Source: Candidatus Peregrinibacteria bacterium
GTDB lineage: Bacteria; Patescibacteriota; Gracilibacteria; UBA1369; LOWO2-01-FULL-3
Reading direction: 5' to 3'
Assembly (NCBI GenBank): GCA_007133095.1
Contig: SLNK01000060.1
Coordinates: 1 to 36,039 of the forward strand
Length of the DNA: 36,039 bases
Shown piece after piece: positions 19,898 through 31,862 of this stretch; positions within the stretch are counted from its first letter, which is position 1, and each line of letters starts with the position of its first letter. Under the pieces are notes generated by a model. The model saw nothing but the letters and a program-made list of their open reading frames with translations, did not search any database and was not told the DNA's origin. The position numbers and the translations under genes were made by a program.

Positions 19898-20911
19898 TTA
19901 AACGTCCTTTACTCTAACGCTGTCTTTTTTATGGCACTTCAGAGAGCCTTCGGGGGTGTCTATTATTACCATATCTTTCAGGCCGATTGCGCGAATTTCC
20001 TTGTTGTTGTCCGCATAAATCAAACATCCTGCACAATCCAGCAGTTTGACCGGCCCTCTGGCGATGTTTTGTTCTTCAGATTCAGCCAGTTCCTCCCAAA
20101 TCGCTTCCCAGTTCCCTATGTCCGACCAGCCAAGATCCGCTTTTATTATTCTAACTTCTTCCGGAGTCAGTTTTTCCATTATCGCGTAGTCTATGGAGAT
20201 TTTTTCCAAAGTTGGGTAAATGGAGGGAACTTCTTTTGGATCTTTACTCATTTTTATCAGTTTTTCGTATGTTTCCGGATGAAATTTTCGATATTTTTCC
20301 AGAATTGTAGTTGTTTTCCATACATAAAGTCCCGTGTTCCAAAGGTAGTCACCTTCTTTCAGAAATTTTTTTGCGGTTTCCAAATCCGGTTTTTCTTTGA
20401 AAGAATCCAATTTAAAAACTTGATTTTCTTTGTCTGTTAATTCTCCGAGTTTTACATATCCGTATCCTGTGTGTGGCGTTTTTGCCACTACTTCTATTAT
20501 GTTGATCGTGTTTTCTTTTTCCGCAATTTCCTCCGCCAACAATAATTTTTGCTTAAATTCATCTTTTTTGGTTATAAGGTGGTCCGCGTAGATTACGGAC
20601 ATCACGCTTCCGGGGGTTCTTTCTTCTATTATTGCCGCCGCAAAGCCGATACAGGATGCAGTGTCTCTTAGAGCCGGCTCTATTATTATATTTTCTTTCG
20701 GAATCGACGGGCAGAGTTCTTTTACCAGGTCCAGGTGTTTTTCGTTAATTGCAATGTATATATCTTCCGGTTTTAGAAAATCCAGCCGCTCCAATGTTTC
20801 TTCCAGCATCGTTTTATCAGAAACCAATTTTTGGAATTGCTTCGGTTTTTCTTCTGTTGATAGCGGCCAGAGTCTTGTTCCTCCTCCTCCGGCTAAAATT
20901 ACTGCTTTCAT
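19898..20911 (-). CDS. manC: Mannose-1-phosphate guanylyltransferase (nucleotidyltransferase domain only)
   Basis: [19 protein letters not shown]-terminus (sugar-nucleotidyltransferase G-loop). Start chosen at the ATG at 20911. The 12-codon upstream extension to 20947 would run into the divergent gpmA promoter. Confidence 0.85.
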   Translation of the reverse strand: MKAVILAGGGGTRLWPLSTEEKPKQFQKLVSDKTMLEETLERLDFLKPEDIYIAINEKHLDLVKELCPSIPKENIIIEPALRDTASCIGFAAAIIEERTPGSVMSVIYADHLITKKDEFKQKLLLAEEIAEKENTINIIEVVAKTPHTGYGYVKLGELTDKENQVFKLDSFKEKPDLETAKKFLKEGDYLWNTGLYVWKTTTILEKYRKFHPETYEKLIKMSKDPKEVPSIYPTLEKISIDYAIMEKLTPEEVRIIKADLGWSDIGNWEAIWEELAESEEQNIARGPVKLLDCAGCLIYADNNKEIRAIGLKDMVIIDTPEGSLKCHKKDSVRVKDV

Positions 20912-20940
20912 ATGCCGGATTTTAGCATTAAACGGGAAGA

Positions 20941-20969
20941 TTGTCATGAAGTTTTTTTTTTGATATACT
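20941..20969 (+). promoter_or_regulatory. Candidate sigma-70 promoter for gpmA, implying a leaderless or near-leaderless mRNA
   Basis: TTGTCA (20941-20946), 17-nt T-rich spacer, TATACT (20964-20969). The gpmA ATG at 20978 lies only 8 nt past the -10 hexamer. Confidence 0.4.
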
Positions 20970-20977
20970 CCCCCCGT

Positions 20978-21718
20978 ATGTATAAACTTGTTTTAATCAG
21001 ACACGGGGAGAGCGTTTGGAACAGAGACAATCTTTTTACGGGTTGGACTGATGTCGGTTTGACGGAGAAGGGAGTGAAAGAAGTTGTTGAGGGTGCGAAA
21101 ATTTTAAAGGAGGAAGGATACGAATTCGATATTGCTTTCGTGTCTGTTCTAAAACGGGCCGTGGAGACTTTGGATATCGTTTTGAAAGAAATGGGAATTA
21201 CGGATTTACCTATTGAATCTTCTTGGCGTTTGAACGAAAGACATTATGGGGCTCTTCAGGGATTTAATAAGGCCGATATGTCCGAATATTGCGGCGCGGA
21301 CACGGTTCATCAGTGGAGAAGGGGATACGATGCGGAGCTTCCCAAGTTGAACAAACTGGACCCCAGATATCCGGGGAATGACCCTTTGTATGACGATGTA
21401 CCGAAGGAAGATTTGCCTGTGTCGGAATGTCTTAAAAATACCGTTGAACGGTTTTTGCCTTACTGGGAAGATGCGATTGCTCCGCGAATAAAGGAGGGAA
21501 AGCGTGTATTGATAAGTGCCCACGGAAACAGTTTGCGCGCGCTGGTTAAGTTTTTGGATGATATTTCCGATGAAGAAATCACCGGACTCAATATCCCTAC
21601 CGGAATACCTTTGGTTTATGAGCTCGATGAGGATTTAAAGCCTATAAAACATTACTATCTGGGAGATCCGGATGCCGCTAAAAAAGCTGCGGAAGCGGTT
21701 AAAAAGCAAGCCGGCTAA
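20978..21718 (+). CDS. gpmA: 2,3-bisphosphoglycerate-dependent phosphoglycerate mutase
   Basis: [15 protein letters not shown] (RHGE catalytic His), ERHYGALQG and [10 protein letters not shown]. The ATG at 20978 gives the canonical N-terminus; the 22-codon extension in the ORF track is not homologous. Confidence 0.9.
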   Translation: MYKLVLIRHGESVWNRDNLFTGWTDVGLTEKGVKEVVEGAKILKEEGYEFDIAFVSVLKRAVETLDIVLKEMGITDLPIESSWRLNERHYGALQGFNKADMSEYCGADTVHQWRRGYDAELPKLNKLDPRYPGNDPLYDDVPKEDLPVSECLKNTVERFLPYWEDAIAPRIKEGKRVLISAHGNSLRALVKFLDDISDEEITGLNIPTGIPLVYELDEDLKPIKHYYLGDPDAAKKAAEAVKKQAG

Positions 21719-22542
21719 ATTATAACTCCATGTAGGTACCAGTTGATGATTTCTTCCCCGTAGAAGAAACTTATAAGGATTCCCATTACCATGAAAGGGC
21801 CGAATGCTATTGCCGTTTTTCTGCTTGCCTTGCCTTTTACTATCAAGAATATGCTGAATATGGCTCCTATTATATAGGAGAGAATTATCGCCAAAAGACC
21901 CAGTTCCCATCCCAAGAAGACTCCCGTAAAAAGACCCAATCTCAGATCTCCTCCTCCAACCCATGTTCCTCTTGATATGGCAAATTGCAACAGAAAGAAT
22001 GTAAATATTCCGATTCCCCCTATTGTCATCGAAACCACGCTTGTCGTTCCAAAAACAATTCCGCCTATTATGGCTATCAGAATTGCCGGGACTGAGAAGT
22101 GATCGGGGATTTCTTTGTATAAAAGATCATAGAAAAATATCGCCATCAAAAGGCTTATTATTATCAAGAAGTAGATAAAAAGGGAGAATGTGCTCCAGTT
22201 TATGCCGTATGTCATCAAAGTTGGATCAACCAAGGACGGAGCTTTTGTAAGAAAGTTGAAGTGCAGAAAGACGCTTAAGAAAAGCAATCCGGTCGCCAGT
22301 TCAATGATGAAATAGTGGGCGGATATTTTTTTGTTGCAGTAAGCGCATTTCCCCCGGAGTAATATCCAGCTGAACACGGGAATAAGATGGTGCCAACGAA
22401 TTTTATTTTTGCATGACGGACAAATGGAATGGCTTGAAACAATTCCTTTTACATTGTGTTTTAGTCTGTAAATAACGACGCTTAGGAAGCTTCCTATGGA
22501 TGCACCCAGGATGAATGCGAGAATTGCGAAGATATTGGTCAT
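21715..22542 (-). CDS. pilD: Prepilin peptidase / N-methyltransferase (peptidase A24, PilD family)
   Basis: N-terminal zinc-binding CPSCKNKI...[10 protein letters not shown]. Catalytic Asp motifs [12 protein letters not shown] and GGGDLRLG. Polytopic. Convergent 4-nt overlap with gpmA. Confidence 0.85.
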   Translation of the reverse strand: MTNIFAILAFILGASIGSFLSVVIYRLKHNVKGIVSSHSICPSCKNKIRWHHLIPVFSWILLRGKCAYCNKKISAHYFIIELATGLLFLSVFLHFNFLTKAPSLVDPTLMTYGINWSTFSLFIYFLIIISLLMAIFFYDLLYKEIPDHFSVPAILIAIIGGIVFGTTSVVSMTIGGIGIFTFFLLQFAISRGTWVGGGDLRLGLFTGVFLGWELGLLAIILSYIIGAIFSIFLIVKGKASRKTAIAFGPFMVMGILISFFYGEEIINWYLHGVII

Positions 22543-22563
22543 GAGGGGGTGAGTTAATAAAAT

Positions 22564-23961
22564 TTATTGAGAAATTAGTTTTTCTGTTAATTCATTAAAC
22601 CTTATTGCGGCGCGATTGCCAACAGGATTGCCTTGTCCCAACACGTATGCTTCTTTGTAATGTTCTTTTGCTTTGTCGAACATGCCTTGTTTTTCGTAAA
22701 GCCAGCCCAGGTTGAGATATACCGCGTCAAAGTTTTCTTGCATTGAAAGCGCGATTTTAAAGTAATTCTCGGCTTTTTCGTAATCTCCGGTTGCCGTATA
22801 CGCCCACCCGACCAAGTTGTGGCTCATGGGATTCTCCGGATGATTTTTCAGTGCTTTAAGAGCTATGTGCAAGGCTTCTTCCGGATTATTCAATTCATCT
22901 ATGTTCAGCCATACCGTTCTTACAAAAATTTCCAAGTTTTCCGTGTAGATATTCAATATTGATCTATAGTTGCTGGCTGCGTGGTCAAACATTTTTTCAG
23001 ATATGTATAAATCTCCCAATCTTATTCTTATTGCATTTTTGGGGGTGTATCCGGCCAGATCCGCCGCTTCCAAGTAGCTTATGGCATTTTTTGTGTTGTC
23101 TTCCATGAAGTGTGCAAGGCCCAGATAAAATAAAATTTGGGGATGTTTTGGTGAAAAAATACTGGCTTGATTGAGCGCTTCAATTGCGTCCTCGCTTTTT
23201 CCCGTATTTAAATAAGCGTATCCCAGTATTGTCCAAGCATCACGGTAATTGCTTTTTTGATTAAGAATGTCGAAAAGGAAGGGGATTGCGGCTTCGTATT
23301 GCTCGGTGTCTACCAGAACTTTTGCCAATAGCAAATTAAGGTAAAGCGGATCGGATTCGGTGAAATATGAAAACGTTCTGAACGCGTCCAGAAATTTTTG
23401 GCTGTTTTCGTCCGCTACTTCTTCAAACATTCTTTGAGCGAGGTCGAATTCTTTTGCGAGGATGTAAATTATTCCCCGATAGTATTTAACGCTTGGATTT
23501 TCGGGGTCAAGTGCCCAAATTATGTTTTTTGCGCTTTCGATATCTCGAAGGCCGAGGTGTGCTTGTGCCAATGCGAGATTTGCCGTGATTGAATTCGAAT
23601 TTATTTCCAGAGCTTTTTCAAAAGTCAGTTTTGCTTGTGCCGCTTGGTTGTTTTTTAACTGGGCATGCCCCAATTTTAGAAGAGGATCTTGTGATCTGGG
23701 GTTTATTCTTGCCGCTTGTGTGTAGTTCTCTATCGCTTTTGCTATATATCCCTCTTCGATGTTGGTGGCGCCTTCCGCCATTAGCTCTGCGTAGCCTTTT
23801 TCCGTAGGTTCAAATTCGAAGGGGATTTCTTCAACTATTATTGCCGGAGCTTCTTCCGGGGGTGGAGGAGGGGGAGAGCTTTGAGGCTTAAAAGTGTGTA
23901 TCGCAATAAAAATTACTCCTATTGATATCAACCCCCACAATATTGTCAGTTTTAGTTTCAT
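22564..23961 (-). CDS. Membrane-anchored tetratricopeptide-repeat (TPR) protein
   Basis: N-terminal TM (ILWGLISIGVIFIAI), a poly-Pro linker (SSPPPPPPEEAP), then many A..Y..A/G.....A...F..AL..P repeats. 465 aa. Confidence 0.8.
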   Translation of the reverse strand: MKLKLTILWGLISIGVIFIAIHTFKPQSSPPPPPPEEAPAIIVEEIPFEFEPTEKGYAELMAEGATNIEEGYIAKAIENYTQAARINPRSQDPLLKLGHAQLKNNQAAQAKLTFEKALEINSNSITANLALAQAHLGLRDIESAKNIIWALDPENPSVKYYRGIIYILAKEFDLAQRMFEEVADENSQKFLDAFRTFSYFTESDPLYLNLLLAKVLVDTEQYEAAIPFLFDILNQKSNYRDAWTILGYAYLNTGKSEDAIEALNQASIFSPKHPQILFYLGLAHFMEDNTKNAISYLEAADLAGYTPKNAIRIRLGDLYISEKMFDHAASNYRSILNIYTENLEIFVRTVWLNIDELNNPEEALHIALKALKNHPENPMSHNLVGWAYTATGDYEKAENYFKIALSMQENFDAVYLNLGWLYEKQGMFDKAKEHYKEAYVLGQGNPVGNRAAIRFNELTEKLISQ

Positions 23962-24449
23962 TATTTAAGGCGCTCTTTAAGGGCTATTGAATTTGCGAGG
24001 CAGACAGCGGCCGCTATCGCGTCCGCCGCATCATCAGATTTAGGTATTTTTTTCAGATTCAATATTGTTTTTATCATTTGTTGAATCATTTGTTTGTCGG
24101 CTTTCCCATATCCGCATATCGCCACCTTTATTTCCATCGGCGTATATTCATTGAACATAACTCCGGATTCGGTCAGTTTTTGGATCAGAACTCCTCTCGC
24201 TTGGGCTACAGCAATCCCGGTTTTTATGTTCTTTTTGAAGTATATTTTCTCAACGGACGCGTGCTCGGGTTTCCATTTTTCCAGTATTTCCTTCAAGTCT
24301 TCCGCAATCTGGTTAAGTCTTATATTGGAATCCAAACCGGCGGCAGTTCTGATACATCCATAGTCCAGAACTCTCGTTTCGCCGTTTTTTCTTTCAAGTA
24401 TCCCGTATCCTGTTGTGGCCGTTCCGGGATCAAGTCCTATTATTCTCAT
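23961..24449 (-). CDS. ruvC: Crossover junction endodeoxyribonuclease RuvC
   Basis: MRIIGLDPGTATTGYGIL (catalytic Asp), EKIYF and SDDAADAIAAAVC motifs. 162 aa. Its stop overlaps the TPR gene start by 1 nt. Confidence 0.9.
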   Translation of the reverse strand: MRIIGLDPGTATTGYGILERKNGETRVLDYGCIRTAAGLDSNIRLNQIAEDLKEILEKWKPEHASVEKIYFKKNIKTGIAVAQARGVLIQKLTESGVMFNEYTPMEIKVAICGYGKADKQMIQQMIKTILNLKKIPKSDDAADAIAAAVCLANSIALKERLK

Positions 24450-25870
24450 ATTTTTATCGTTGATATCAGGCTTTCGCGTTTGCTGGCATTACATACTATT
24501 ACAAGTTTGTTGTTTTTCTTGACGACTTTTTTTTCTTTCAAAAGAGCAAGGATCGCTTTGATTTTTTCGTTGCTGTCTTTTGGCATTTCTTCAACAAAAA
24601 CATCGTTTATTCCCCATGTCATCATCAGTCTGCGGGCGGTTTTCTCGTGAGGAGTTATTGTTATGATGGGGATGTAAATTCTGTGTTTCGCAACGTTGTT
24701 CGCTGTGTATCCGTCTTCGCTGTAAACCACAATGTAGTCCGCTCCATAATCCATCGCGAGTTCGCATGCGTTCAGGCATGTTGCGTTTACGGGCGATATG
24801 TAGTGCTTGTTTAGGATGTATTCTTGTAATTCTTCGTGTTTTTGAAGTTCTTTTTCAACGCTCAACGCGACTCTTTTCAATGTGCTCACCGCTTTGACCG
24901 GATATTTCCCGACGGCTGTTTCATTAGATAACATTATTGCATCCGAGTGGTCGAAGACCGCTGTTGCCGCGTCGGACACTTCCGCTCTTGTGGGGCGGGG
25001 GCTTTTGACCATTGATTGAAGGACTTGTGTCGCTGTTATTACCGGTTTTCCCATGCTGTTCGCCAAAGTTATCATTCTTTTTTGAACTATCGGCACTTTT
25101 TCCGCCGGAATATCAGTTCCCAGATCTCCTCTTGCCACCATTACCGCGTCTGCGGCGTGGATTATTTCTTTTAGATTTTTGATGGCTTCGTGTCTTTCTA
25201 TTTTTGCAACTATCCTGACGTCCGAATTCTTTTCTCCCATCAGTTTTCTCAAGGCTTTGATGTCTTTGGCGGATTTAACGAACGAGAGGGCGATGAATTC
25301 AACTTTGTTTTTTAGTCCGAATTTAAGGTCTTTTTTATCTTTTGGCGTTATTGTTTCGATCGAAATTTTGCTTAGCGGCAGATTTACTCCGTTCCCGCTT
25401 TCTATTTTTCCTCCGAATTTGACTTTGCAAAGGACGTTGGTTTTGCTTACTTTCAGGATTTCCGTTTCTATCAGGCCGTCGTCTATCAGGAGGTTTTTTC
25501 CTTTTTTTGCGTCTTTGATCAGACCTTTGTGGCGAACCGGGATTATTATTTTCCCATTTTTTTCTTCTCCCGTTATTTCTTTTACAGTCATTGTTATGAG
25601 CTGATCTTTTTTGACTGTTATTCCTTTCTCCGGCATTTTCCCGATGCGAATTTTGGGCCCTTGGAGATCCTGCATTATCGCGACTCTCTTTCCGGTTTCG
25701 GTTTCCGCTTTGCGAATATTTTCTATCAGGCGGGTGTGCCCTTCATAATCTCCGTGTGAGAAATTTAATCTGGCTACATTCATGCCGGCTTTAATCAGAG
25801 CGGTTATTTTTTTGACCGAGCTTGTGGCCGGTCCGAGGGTGCAAACCAGTTTTGTGTTTTTTGTGTACAT
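24446..25870 (-). CDS. pyk: Pyruvate kinase
   Basis: MYTKNTKLVCTLGPAT, NVARLNFSHGD and MVARGDLG motifs. Start placed at the ATG at 25870. The 57 upstream codons in the track ORF are non-homologous and cover a structured RNA candidate. Confidence 0.9.
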   Translation of the reverse strand: MYTKNTKLVCTLGPATSSVKKITALIKAGMNVARLNFSHGDYEGHTRLIENIRKAETETGKRVAIMQDLQGPKIRIGKMPEKGITVKKDQLITMTVKEITGEEKNGKIIIPVRHKGLIKDAKKGKNLLIDDGLIETEILKVSKTNVLCKVKFGGKIESGNGVNLPLSKISIETITPKDKKDLKFGLKNKVEFIALSFVKSAKDIKALRKLMGEKNSDVRIVAKIERHEAIKNLKEIIHAADAVMVARGDLGTDIPAEKVPIVQKRMITLANSMGKPVITATQVLQSMVKSPRPTRAEVSDAATAVFDHSDAIMLSNETAVGKYPVKAVSTLKRVALSVEKELQKHEELQEYILNKHYISPVNATCLNACELAMDYGADYIVVYSEDGYTANNVAKHRIYIPIITITPHEKTARRLMMTWGINDVFVEEMPKDSNEKIKAILALLKEKKVVKKNNKLVIVCNASKRESLISTIKI

Positions 25871-25894
25871 AGGTGTGAGGTAAAAATCCTCTGC

Positions 25895-25922
25895 ATTGTA
25901 GCAAAAGAAGCAAGATTGATAA
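25895..25922 (-). promoter_or_regulatory. Candidate pyk promoter
   Basis: On the minus strand: TTATCA (25917-25922), 16-nt spacer, TACAAT (25895-25900). It lies about 25 nt upstream of the pyk ATG. Confidence 0.3.
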
Positions 25923-25961
25923 ATAGGAGTCAGGAACCTTTTTATTAACAATTTCAACAAA

Positions 25962-26163
25962 GGGTTCGGGGAGCAAGTGAAATTTTCTTTGCGCTTGGAG
26001 CGCAGCCCCCTTTCAGCCGCCGAAAAGGCAATTTGGAGCAAGCGATCCTATTCACAAGCACGCAACACACACTGGAACCCGCCTGAGGCGGATTCCTTCA
26101 CATGTGGCTCGCTCTGCTTTCTTAAGACGGCGGCTTTCAGAAAATCACTCGTTCCCCGAACCC
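25962..26163 (-). ncRNA. Unclassified structured RNA candidate, about 200 nt, rod-like (6S-like architecture is possible)
   Basis: The 13-bp GC-rich closing helix 25962-25974/26151-26163 is extended by further helices, a side hairpin at 25991-26003 and an apical hairpin at 26074-26096. Several pairs are G.U only if transcribed from the minus strand. The closing stem is followed by UUUGUUG on the minus strand. Confidence 0.5.
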
Positions 26164-26197
26164 GTAGAAAAAAATTTAAAATGGTATCTGACCCCGG

Positions 26198-27976
26198 TTA
26201 TTTCACAGTGACGCTTTTTGCGAGGTTTCTTGGTTTGTCCGGATCGTTTTTTCTCAATACCGCCAGTTGATATGCAAGGATTTGGATGGGGATTATGTTT
26301 ACGATGGGAGAAGTGTGGCCGGTATCGGGGACTTTTATCCAGTAGTCGAAGACCGGATGATTTTCAGGGGAAACTCCTATTATGTATCCGCCCCGTGATT
26401 TTACTTCGGTCGCGTTGGAAAGAATTTCGTTTTTGTTTTCATCGTTTGATACCAGAGCTATGACTGGAGTTTCTTTTGAAATTAATGCTATCGGGCCGTG
26501 TTTCAATTCTCCTCCCGCGAATCCTTCCGCGTGTATGTATGAAACTTCCTGTAGTTTTATCGCCGCTTCCAGTGCAATCGGGTAATTTATACCTCTTCCT
26601 ATTATATACATCGATTCAACGTCTTTTATTTTTTTTGCCACTTTCATTATGTAATCTTCATATCTTGGATTTAACATGTCGTTTATCTGGCTGGCGGTGT
26701 TTATCAGAAGTTGTTTGCCGTTTTTTATTCCCCCGTTGCAGGCGTATGCCAGAAGAGTAAGTATCGCTATTTGTGCTGTTGTTGCTTTTGTGGACGCGAC
26801 AGCTTTTTCCGGGCCAACTTTTATCGGAACCACTATGTCCGCCATTCTTGCTATGCTGGAACTTTCCACGTTTACTATTGCGGCTACTTTTACGCCTCTT
26901 TCTTTTGCGATTTCCATAGCTTCCAAGGTGTCCGCTGTTTCTCCGGATTGTGATATCGCCACCAAAAGAGTCTTCTCCGTGAGGAAATTTTTGTAATTTT
27001 TGAATTCCGAACCGAAGCAGCAATTTATGTGTTTCTTCGCGATTTTTGCAAACAGATACTCTCCTAACATAGCCACTTTTCCGGCTGTCCCGCATCCTAT
27101 GAAATAAGTCCCGAAGGCTTTTTTTACTTCTTTTGCAAGATCTTCCAGCACTTGCGGATCCTGGTTGATTGCGCGGTTAAGAGTGTCTTTTTGCTCCATG
27201 ATTTCTTTTATCATAAAGTGAGGGAATTCTCCTTTTTCCGCGCTTTCTTCGTCCCATTCTATTTCTATTATTCTTTTTTCTATCGGATCCGGAGAGGCAT
27301 GTTCAAAAAACTCTATTTTGCTTTTGTCCACGACGCAAAGTTGGTTGTCGTCCAGATATATTACTTTTTTTGTGTGCTTAAGAAATGCCGGGATGTCTGA
27401 AGCTATAAAATATTCTCCTTCTTTCCCAACACCGACTATCAGAGGAGATCCTTTTCGCGCTGCGATTATTTTGTCCTCGTCTTTTTTTATCACCACTATT
27501 GCGTAGCGTCCTTCCATTTCTTTTATCGCCATTTTTACGCTGTCTTCAAAGCTGTGTGTTTTGGAGTGTTCTTCTATTAGATGGGCTATGACTTCTGTGT
27601 CCGTTTGAGATGTGAATTTATGTCCTTTCTTCTTCAAATATTTTTTAATCTCCAGATAATTCTCAAAAATCCCGTTGTGTACGAGCGCAATTTCTTTCTT
27701 GTCCGAAACATGCGGATGGGCGTTTTGCTTGGTAACTTCTCCATGTGTTGCCCATCTTGAATGACCTATCGCTATTCCGGTGCTTTCTTTAAAATTTTGT
27801 TCGCTGGGTTTAAGGTCACCGATCTTTCCGACATCCTTTTTAATTTCGATTCCGGTCTCCGTTTTATATGCTATTCCCCAAGAATCATAGCCTCTGTATT
27901 CCAAGCGCTTGAGCCCTTCCACAACTATTTCCGGGGCGTTTTTTTTCTTTCCGTTATAAGCGAATATTCCGCACAT
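26198..27976 (-). CDS. glmS: Glutamine--fructose-6-phosphate aminotransferase (isomerising)
   Basis: MCGIFAY N-terminal nucleophile Cys, two SIS domains (SQSGETADT) and a C-terminal KSVTVK-type end. 592 aa. Confidence 0.95.
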   Translation of the reverse strand: MCGIFAYNGKKKNAPEIVVEGLKRLEYRGYDSWGIAYKTETGIEIKKDVGKIGDLKPSEQNFKESTGIAIGHSRWATHGEVTKQNAHPHVSDKKEIALVHNGIFENYLEIKKYLKKKGHKFTSQTDTEVIAHLIEEHSKTHSFEDSVKMAIKEMEGRYAIVVIKKDEDKIIAARKGSPLIVGVGKEGEYFIASDIPAFLKHTKKVIYLDDNQLCVVDKSKIEFFEHASPDPIEKRIIEIEWDEESAEKGEFPHFMIKEIMEQKDTLNRAINQDPQVLEDLAKEVKKAFGTYFIGCGTAGKVAMLGEYLFAKIAKKHINCCFGSEFKNYKNFLTEKTLLVAISQSGETADTLEAMEIAKERGVKVAAIVNVESSSIARMADIVVPIKVGPEKAVASTKATTAQIAILTLLAYACNGGIKNGKQLLINTASQINDMLNPRYEDYIMKVAKKIKDVESMYIIGRGINYPIALEAAIKLQEVSYIHAEGFAGGELKHGPIALISKETPVIALVSNDENKNEILSNATEVKSRGGYIIGVSPENHPVFDYWIKVPDTGHTSPIVNIIPIQILAYQLAVLRKNDPDKPRNLAKSVTVK

Positions 27977-28009
27977 ATGACGAGATTTTAGTCGAAAGGG
28001 ATATAAACA

Positions 28010-29068
28010 TCAAGAAAACGTCAAATTTTTGTTGCCGTGCGCAGTTAGAAGAATCATATCTTCTATCCTTACGCCGAATTCTCCAGGAATGTAGATTCCG
28101 GGCTCAACTGTTATTACGGAGTTTTTTTTGAGTTTTTTCGTGTAGTTTACGGATAGGGAAGGGGATTCATGTATGTCCAGGCCTATTCCGTGTCCGCCCG
28201 CGTGCTCATAATAATCTCCGTATCCGGCTTTTTCTATTATTGCGCGTGAATATGAATCGGCCTTTTTTCCTGTAATTCCCGCGTGGATTTTTTTGATTGC
28301 TTCTTTTTGAGCGTTTAAAACGATGGTGTAAATTTCTTTCTGTCTGAACGATGGTTTTTGAGGAAGTAAGGTTCTTGTCATATCGGAGCAGTAGCCTTTG
28401 TATTTTACTCCCATATCTATCAGTACGACATCGTCTTTTTTAAGGTGAATTTCTCCGGGTTGATGGTGGGGGATTGCGCTGTTTTTGCCGAAGGCTACAA
28501 TCGGCTCAAACGCTATGTCCTCTGCTCCGTACTTATGGGACAGTTCTCTTATTTTCCACGCCAAATCCACTTCCGAAATAGAATTTGAATTGCGCCGCGC
28601 AGCTTGAACAATTTTTTTGATCTCTGTGAAGGCTTTTTCGTTTATTCTCTGGCTTTTTTGGATCAATTTTATTTCGATTCCGGTCTTTATTTCCCGTTTG
28701 GATTCAATCTCTCCGGAGATGTCCGTAAATTTAATTTTTCCATTTTTTGGTTTTGATATTTTTTTGAATTTTTTGAACTTCGCGACTGTTAGATTGTCTT
28801 CTTCCACCCCCAGTACTTTTATGCGATGTTTTCTTAGAATTTTTTGCCAACTTTCTTCCAATTCTTTCGGGTTTCTCCAAACTTTTGTCACATCAACAAT
28901 TTCGATGCCTTTTTTTATTGTGTTTTTCGCGCGTTCTATGTATCGGGAGTCGGTGAATAGATAGTTCTTGTTTTTTGTTAAAAGCATAAACCCCGAGGAT
29001 CCGGTGAATCCTGATAAATAGGAAATGTTTGACCTATTTGTAATCAGTTTCGCTTGAGGTTTGTTCAT
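28010..29068 (-). CDS. Xaa-Pro aminopeptidase/dipeptidase (peptidase M24B)
   Basis: Metal-ligand motifs VLIDMGVKYKGYCSDMTRT, HGIGLDIHE, TVEPGIY and RIEDM. 352 aa. Confidence 0.85.
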   Translation of the reverse strand: MNKPQAKLITNRSNISYLSGFTGSSGFMLLTKNKNYLFTDSRYIERAKNTIKKGIEIVDVTKVWRNPKELEESWQKILRKHRIKVLGVEEDNLTVAKFKKFKKISKPKNGKIKFTDISGEIESKREIKTGIEIKLIQKSQRINEKAFTEIKKIVQAARRNSNSISEVDLAWKIRELSHKYGAEDIAFEPIVAFGKNSAIPHHQPGEIHLKKDDVVLIDMGVKYKGYCSDMTRTLLPQKPSFRQKEIYTIVLNAQKEAIKKIHAGITGKKADSYSRAIIEKAGYGDYYEHAGGHGIGLDIHESPSLSVNYTKKLKKNSVITVEPGIYIPGEFGVRIEDMILLTAHGNKNLTFS

Positions 29069-29069
29069 G

Positions 29070-31847
<2,778 letters not shown>

Positions 31848-31862
31848 GTTAAAAGAGGCAGA

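Noticed and set aside
20912-20977. 22-codon N-terminal extension of gpmA, and the 12-codon extension of manC to 20947 (mutually overlapping divergent ORFs)
   Set aside because: Both extensions are non-homologous to the respective families, and both would overlap the partner gene and the candidate promoter. The canonical N-termini begin at 20978 and 20911.
25871-26041. 57-codon N-terminal extension of the pyruvate kinase ORF (track start 26041), and the 97-aa + strand ORF at 25977-26270
   Set aside because: The extension (MLQIAFSAAERGLRSKRKENFTCSPNPLL...) has no similarity to Pyk N-termini. The canonical N-terminus MYTKNTKLVCTLGPAT begins at 25870 and has a candidate promoter just upstream. 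Both ORFs overlie the highly base-paired ncRNA candidate.
25962-26163. Assigning the structured RNA to RNase P RNA, tmRNA or SRP RNA
   Set aside because: There is no GGAAAGUCC/ACAGAA-type RNase P core, and about 200 nt is too short. There is no tRNA-like GGGG...UCCACCA ends or tag ORF as in tmRNA. There is no GNRA-capped helix 8 with the AGCA symmetric-loop motif of SRP RNA. It is left unclassified, with 6S-like only as a hypothesis.
27977-28009. glmS ribozyme upstream of glmS
   Set aside because: Only 33 nt separate the glmS start from the preceding gene's stop, which is too short for the roughly 170-nt ribozyme. The structured element at 25962-26163 is downstream of glmS and lacks the ribozyme core as I recall it.
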